A DNA stretch of 64,000 bases from Octopus sinensis (Eukaryota): assembly GCF_006345805.1 (NCBI RefSeq), contig NC_042999.1:52452001-52516000 (forward strand), read 5' to 3'. Of this stretch, positions 57,321-64,000 are shown in pieces (position 1 is the first letter of the stretch; each line of letters opens with the position of its first letter). Under the pieces are notes generated by a model that saw nothing but the letters and a program-made list of their open reading frames with translations, had not been told where the DNA came from and did not search any database. The translations under genes were made by a program, and so were the position numbers.

Positions 57321-57963
57321 ATACATTCTTCACTCTCTGTTCTACCGTGGCCAGAATCAATGTACCTGGGTAAATGTCTCTAACTATCTGACCTATAGCT
57401 GACAAACCATAGTCCTTAATGATGGCATATGCCCTTGTCAAAATACTGGACCAAGCTCAGTTTCTAACCATAATGTCCAATCTGCGGTTTGCAAAGGAGC
57501 GGAACTTTAATAGTCACGCATTTGAAATATAAATTGTTCGATCTTTAGTTAAAAGCCACTAATATCATTAGGAAAGCTTGAACATCGTCTCATCATTTGT
57601 GAACTCTGCTTCCGTATAATTTGGAAGAAGGGGACATTAAGTGAAATAAGTGCAAGAGAAGTTGATGCGATTCTCTTTGCACTTGTGTGTGGATTGAAAG
57701 AAGAATAAGGGAGTATATACCTCTCTCTCCATTCCTTCTTTTCTCTCTCACTTTCTCTCTGTAATAGACAAATGAAATACTAAATCGGTTTAAATTATAT
57801 ATTTGATAATTCAGTTTAAGAATAGATTTAAGTAAATTCATTTAATGGGAAGTTAAAAACCGAAACATTTAATAATTTTCAGTGAAATTTCCATGCTTAG
57901 AGCTTCTGTGGAGGCAGTTGTGGGAAATTATATATTTTCCCCTCTACCATTGCTGGAAGAATA

Positions 57964-58120
57964 AGGAGAAGAAGAAGAAGAAGAAGAAGAAGAAGAAGAA
58001 GAAGAAGAAGAAGAAGAAGAAGAAGAAGAAGAAGAAGAAGAAGAAGAGAAGAAGAAGAAGAAGAAGAAGAAGAACAACAACAACAACAACTACTACTACT
58101 ACAACAACAACCACAACAAC
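57964..58120. repeat. Compound (GAA)n-(CAA)n-(CTA)n repeat
   Basis: Seen directly. Confidence 0.97.
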
Positions 58121-58847
58121 AAGTAATAAAGTTTACTGTTCCTGAGGAATTATAGGAGCATTTTCAAATAAAAGAAAAATCTTATTCAAGATCCCAGAAC
58201 AAATATCCACAAATATCCGCTTTGACTAACATGTCCTAACAAGAAAATTTTATAAATACAATTTACTTGTCGTCAACTTGTTAATTACTGTCTGGTTAAT
58301 TGCGGCTGATCGTTTTATGTCGCAATAGAACTTTATAATTAGTGATTACCAAATGATAATCTCTACAGATTTCTATAGAAACTAGAGCCATCGCTGAAAG
58401 TTATGATGTTTCGTATATGAATACGTCTACAATGCGATCGAAGACAGAAAAATAGGTAATGAAAGCAGATGCATATTTCAGGACGTGCTTACTACCGTTT
58501 CACCTCCACGTCCTTTTACCATCCACCAATGTAATGCTTAATGGCCACCAAATGTAGCGGTTTAACGCAATTGGATAAACTAGTTTTACATATCCAAACA
58601 CATTTCTGGCAACAGGTGCGTACATAATTATTGCTGGCAGGGACACCATAATTCATTATGTAACTTTAATATATCAGAAAATATATCAGTCTTAAATTGC
58701 AATGTATATACATTGTGATATGTGATATGTTACGTAATACATATCATAATATTATAACTTGATATATTATATATGTTATAGGAATCTATTAGTGATATTT
58801 TATAATATATAAAGAGATATATAATTTAATATATTTTAGCATATTAA

Positions 58848-59045
58848 GGTGGTGAGCTGGCAGAATCATTAGCACACCGGGCGAAATGCTTAGCGATATT
58901 TCGTCTGAGTTCAAATTCCGCTGATGTCGACTTTGCCTTTCACCTTTTCGGAGTCGATAAATTAAGTACCAGTTGCGTACTGGGGGCGATCTAATCGACT
59001 TCTTTCTCCCCCAAAATTTCGGGCCGTGTGCCTAGAGTAGAAAAG
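58848..59045 (+). mobile_element. SINE family B variant
   Basis: GGTGGTGAGCTGGCAGAATC...TCTGAGTTCAAATTCCG. Confidence 0.8.
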
Positions 59046-59086
59046 AATATATTCTGGCATATTGTTATATGTTATGTAATATACGT

Positions 59087-59389
59087 CAGTGCTTCTCAAA
59101 CTCTCTGAAGTGGCGTACTGGCAGTTTTTTTTTTTCCAATGTGCCAGGGACCGGTAATATTTCTTACTAATATTAATTTAAACCGGAAACAATATATATA
59201 ATGAATATAATAAAAGTTGACAATTTTTTATATCTTATATTTATTTTGTAAACAAATAATACAATATTACAAAAGCATTTTATAAGCATTTTATAATGTT
59301 TCTTTCTTTTCTGGAAACTCGCCGCGTATCGGCAGCTGATGGCTCGCGGGCCGGCACCGGTCCGCGGGCCACCACTTTCAGTAGTATTG
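59087..59389. mobile_element. hAT (Charlie-like) MITE with perfect 8-bp TSD
   Basis: ATATACGT at 59079-59086 and 59390-59397; termini CAGTGCTTCTCAAACT / ACTTTCAGTAGTATTG; GC-rich subterminal ACCGGTCCGCGG. Confidence 0.85.
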
Positions 59390-59473
59390 ATATACGTTGT
59401 ATAGTGTCATATATCATACGATATACGTGGTATTTATTAATATGTTGTATATCGTGTGATATATATTATGTGC

Positions 59474-59914
59474 GGATCTTTTCGGTTTGAACGGCAGTTT
59501 TTTTTTAATAATTTCCACGTAACTAAACACTTTTAAACTTCGTATACTGGTAGAATGTGTTTATAAAACATCTTTTTCTCTTGGCTTTATTGAGAAAATT
59601 CTATAGTTTGTAAGATATTTGTTGTTTCTTTCTTCAATTTCTGCAATTTCAACCAATCAATGACATCTATTGAGGTGAAAACATTCTGTGTCGTATGAAT
59701 ATGTCACTCGTTAAAGAAACAGATTGGGTATATTTACCTTTCTGAAGAAAAAAGATACCCTTCCCCCACCCCTAACCCTAACCCTAACTAACCCTAACTA
59801 ACCCTAACCCTAAAACAGATTGAAATGCAATAGATCGATACTAGTGTCATAATTATGGGTGTCAGTTTCATATGACACCGCTAGAAAAAACTGCCGTTCA
59901 AATCGAAAAGATCC
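59474..59914. mobile_element. Merlin-like MITE with internal (CCCTAA)n, perfect 8-bp TSD
   Basis: TIR GGATCTTTTCG(G/A)TTTGAACGGCAGTTTTT at both ends; TTATGTGC at 59466-59473 and 59915-59922. Confidence 0.85.
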
Positions 59915-60954
59915 TTATGTGCTATATAAATTTTGATACTTTCACCGAGATTGTGATAGCTGTGGCTAATTGTATACTTCTACGTTCTTCTTTAAAAATT
60001 TTACTGTCCTATTTTGATGCTTCCACGTTATAAAGTTTTTGCTGTCCTACTTTTGGTGTCACTTCAGTTTTATCAGGAAATGTTTGAATGTCGACCGAAA
60101 ATAATGCTTGCAATTGCTGAACTGTCACAAATCTAGGAATGCATTTAGAACTGGGTAAAAGAATAATTGGACTCTAATAACGAATGTTCGCTTGTTGCGT
60201 AGGATGAGTGGTTTTCGGAAACATTTACGTGTGTCTTATGCGAGTTTGTGGACGTGTGCGTGGTGTGAATGTATGTGTATGCGTGTGTGTTGTGTGTGTG
60301 TATGTGTGTTGTGTGTGTGTGTGTGTGTGGTTGGTTGACCTTTATGTGTTTTTATGTGAGATTCAGTGTGTATACCAGAGGTGCATAGACTTGTATATTA
60401 GTTCATTTGCGTTTATCTTATGTGTATTATGTATGTGCGCGTGGATGTGTGAGTGTGCGCGCGCACAGGTCTATACCTGTGTCTATGTGCTTATTCACGC
60501 GTAAAATATAAGGAAACGCTTAAGATAAAATTGTCGATAAAGCCAAGAATTCTATTTTAATACATGGACATCATCATCACATCTAGTACAATGCAATTAA
60601 CATTGATATCATCATCTCATTTGTATCCTTCCTTCAGTTGAAAAGTTACTTAGGCGTGAAAAGGAAGTTATTCGATAGGGTTCCAGCAGTCTCTCGCACA
60701 AACACAATAATCGCTATATGGAACTACAATATGCATTTATCTTTTTATGAAACATTTTGTCATTTATTACAAAAAGTGTTAAAAGGGTTTACGAACGTGG
60801 AAGACAAAAAAGTTGTTTCTATCTATCTGTTGTAATATTTTCTTCATAATTCATTGAGAATGTCGTCGAGGATTTTGCAGCTCTTCATGGTTCTCTTACT
60901 CAGTTTGGTCTCAGCATATATGTATGCGCTTGTGTAGTTAACAAATTAACTGTG

Positions 60955-61275
60955 AAGTCGCTTGGCTTAGTGGTTAGGGCATTTGTTTTCCGATCGTAAG
61001 GTGGTGAGTTCAATTCCCGGCGACGCGTTGTGTCCTTGAGCAAGACACTTTATTTCCCGTTGCTCCAGTCTACTCAGCTGGCAAGAATGAGCTGTACTTG
61101 TATTTCAGAGGGCCAGCCTTGTCACACTCTGTGTCATGTTGGCTCTCCCTGAGAACTGCGTTAGGGGTACTCGTGTCTGCGGAATGCTCAGCCACGTGAA
61201 CGTTAATTTCACGAGCAAGCTGTCCCATTGATCGCATCAGCTGGGACCCTCGTCATCGTAACCGACGGAGTGCTC
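60955..61275 (+). mobile_element. SINE family D (tRNA-like head)
   Basis: GCTTGGCTTAGTGGTTAGGGC...GAGTTCAATTCCCGG A/B boxes. Confidence 0.85.
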
Positions 61276-61849
61276 CTAAGTAATAAACTAACAGCAAAAG
61301 CAGAAGTTTTGAGGTTGTTTTGTTTAGGAAAGACCTAAAATTCGCAATACGGACTTCTTCCTGGATTCAGAAGATAAGTAGGTAGTACTGGCCGCGACCA
61401 CTACTGAAGGCCATATCTTCCGAACAGTAGCCGTCATAGCCCCTACAGGATTGGGGCGGCCGATTTCTTTGCGGAATTTATCTGTAAAATAATATGTGAC
61501 AATTATTCGGTTGCCATAATAAAACTCCGAGTTTCGGATGTCGGGCGGAAATCTGAGGAGAGAGATTTGTATTTAGTTTATTCAGTGAAATGCAGGAGTA
61601 ATTTAAATATTTAATGCATACAACAATGAGAACGAGCATTGCAGGAGTATTCTTTGTGATTGTATGTAGATTTATTATCACTTGTGCAGGTTTTAAATTT
61701 TGGCTTATTTGCTTGTTTATTGGGGGGAAAAGGTCCAAACTATTACAGGTAACATTTATCCTGCTGATGCAAATGCTTTCGTTCTTTGACAATCTTCCGA
61801 AGAAATTCCAACCACGTTTCGTGGTTCGCTACCTCAACAGCTCCTTTAT

Positions 61850-62330
61850 AGGATCCAGTGGCTAAGGACATCATCAGAAGGAACCACGTCCAGTTTACGG
61901 CCCCTACTCCTCTAACGTTTTCGACTTGGCGGTTTCCCACCTTTCGGAGGTGTCTTCAGCTCTGGTGTTGAGTGCATTTCTTCTTTCTCCTTCTTCTGTT
62001 CCCTGGCCTCTTCGATGCAGCGTTAACGAATCTCAGCGGGCGACTGACCATCCTGCCAAATTTCCATTTAAATCTTTGCATTCCGTCTTTCTCTCCTCGA
62101 TGGTCCGCCCTTTGCCAATGAATCTCCATTCCCTGTTTTTTCAAGTCCAAATATTTTCTTTCCTTCCTGGTAGGTCATATTAGCCAAGTTCTTGTACTCT
62201 TGTTCGTCGTCCCCTTTGAACTTGGTGGTCATTCTTGCTACCTCGTCGTCGAATTTTTTTATAGCTCGCTGCATCATTTCCTCTCAGCCACTTAATCTTT
62301 GGCTTCTTCACGCCAATCACCTTTTTTGGG
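61850..62330 (-). mobile_element. Hero/NeSL-like (RLE) LINE ORF fragment
   Basis: KPKIKW[frameshift]..ND..YKKFDDEVARM..KFKGDDEQEYKNLANMTYQEGKKIFG resembles the KWP...D..W..FDEDV...G...M...G.ERFG motif. Confidence 0.45.
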
Positions 62331-62535
62331 GGGCTGTTCCGAATCAACTGTAGAATGAATGTCGCGCAACAGTTTTGTCTTCTAACGCGCAAGTAAACGT
62401 TCTGTCTACCGCAGTACAAATAGTTTCTTTCTCATTCCAAACTGTTATCATATTATGTTTGGTGCACGTTTATACTTCTTCTCAGGTAAATGTTTCGGCA
62501 TATTAGTAATCTTAGTAACTAACTGTTTCTTCATA

Positions 62536-62698
62536 GGCACAGGAGTGGCTGTGTGGTAAGTAGCTTGCTTAGCAGCCACATGGTTCCGGGTTCAGTCCCA
62601 CTGCGTGACATCTTGGGCAAGTGTCTTCTACTATAGCCTGGGGCCGACCAAAGCCTTGTGAGTGGATTTAGTTGATGGAATCTGAAAGAAGCCCGTCG

Positions 62699-62700
<2 letters not shown>
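62536..62700 (+). mobile_element. SINE family A 5' half
   Basis: Head through to the TA microsatellite. Confidence 0.85.
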
Positions 62701-62741
<41 letters not shown>

Positions 62742-62745
62742 TGTG

Positions 62746-62796
<51 letters not shown>

Positions 62797-62889
62797 TTGG
62801 TGCACGTTTATACTTCTTAAACGAGGTCAGATAGATGTTTCGGCATATTAGTAATCTTAGGTGCTGTCTGTTTTTTTATCTTTTATATT

Positions 62890-63099
62890 TTGCTTGTTTC
62901 TGTCACTTTTGACTCCGGCCATACTGGAGCGCCGCCTTGGAAGGTTTTAGGAGAATAAATCGACTCCACTGTTTATTCCTTAAAGCCTGGGACTTATTCT
63001 ATAGGTCTCTTTTGCCAAACTGCCATGTTACCGGAAAGTAAACACACCCATTTCGAATGTAGAGCAGTGACAGGGTGATGAGACATAAATACACACACA

Positions 63100-63136
<37 letters not shown>

Positions 63137-63320
63137 CCACACAGATATATATATATATATACGACGGGCTTCTTTCTGTTTCCGTTTACCAAACCCACTA
63201 ACAAGGCTTTGGTCGGCCCAAGACTATAGTAGAAGACACTTGCACAAGGTATCACGCCGAGGGACTGAACCCGGGACCATGTAATTGAGAAGTCATCTTC
63301 TTACCGCACAGCCACGTCTG
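62890..63320 (-). mobile_element. SINE family A, diverged
   Basis: Reverse-complement match along its full length. Confidence 0.8.
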
Positions 63321-63764
63321 TGCCTGTTTGTAGATATCCTACGATGAACAAGATTTGAGGCACTAGAAATGATGTAATCTATTACGCCAATGTGCTAGAG
63401 TTATTTCTGTTAACTTGTAGTGGAATTTATTTCTGTTTGTAGTTAATTATTCATTAACATATTTTTTTACGGTCTCGTATCGACCTTTTGTTTCTGTTTT
63501 TGACCCAGTACTTTAAAGCAATTCTTTTTTTCCGCTCAACTTTTTTTCCTTTCTGTCCGTTCTTATCCACGACTGATCCTAATTGATTTCTCACTTTTTT
63601 CCATTTTCTTTTCTTTTATAAATCTTCGGACAGCAACTTTCTGTTTATTTTATCTTTTTCTTTTCTGCTTAATAATATTCCAGGTTATATTTATTTCCGT
63701 GTTTATACACACACACACACACACATACACGCACACACATACATTTAGGGCATAAAAATATATA

Positions 63765-63995
63765 TTTCTTTACTGCCCACAAGGGGCTAAACATAGAGGG
63801 GATGAACATGGACAGACAAAGGGATTAAGTCGATTACATCGAACCCAGTGCGAAACTGGCACTTTATTTATTGACCCCAAAATGATGAAAGGCAAAGTCG
63901 ACCTTGGCGGAATTTGAACTCAGAACATGATGACAGACGAAATACTGCTAAGCATTTCGCCCGGCGTGCTAACGTTTCTGCCAGCTCGCCGCCTT
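63765..63995 (-). mobile_element. SINE family B
   Basis: Full-length reverse complement. Confidence 0.88.
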
Positions 63996-64000
63996 TTAGG

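Noticed and set aside
59770-59812. (CCCTAA)n as a telomere or chromosome-fusion scar
   Set aside because: The tract is short and lies inside a TIR/TSD-bounded MITE.

Overview
Eukaryotic, AT-rich and extremely microsatellite-dense genomic DNA. The tRNA-derived SINE families and the repeat landscape point to an octopus (coleoid cephalopod) genome; this is an inference. Two spliced protein-coding genes lie in tandem on the minus strand. (1) A complete 9-coding-exon OATP/SLCO organic-anion-transporter family gene at 56536->12969 (2280 nt CDS, 759 aa, all GT-AG introns, phases consistent). (2) The first four coding exons of a PLP-dependent aromatic-amino-acid-decarboxylase (DDC/AADC/HDC/TDC group II) paralog at 6401->3118; the rest lies beyond the left edge. 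Both proteins show unusual substitutions at conserved functional positions: the decarboxylase pocket G-C-I-G-F reads V-N-V-V-I, and the OATP TM11 Arg is Ser. The introns and intergenic DNA hold four SINE families, decayed LINEs (R4/Dong-like, RTE, CR1/L2, Tx1, Hero-like, Penelope), mariner/maT remnants and several MITEs with recognisable TIRs and TSDs. One R4-like LINE family appears tied to (CATA)n microsatellites. Most ORFs in the supplied track are microsatellite artefacts. No prokaryotic features, CRISPR arrays or rRNA were seen.
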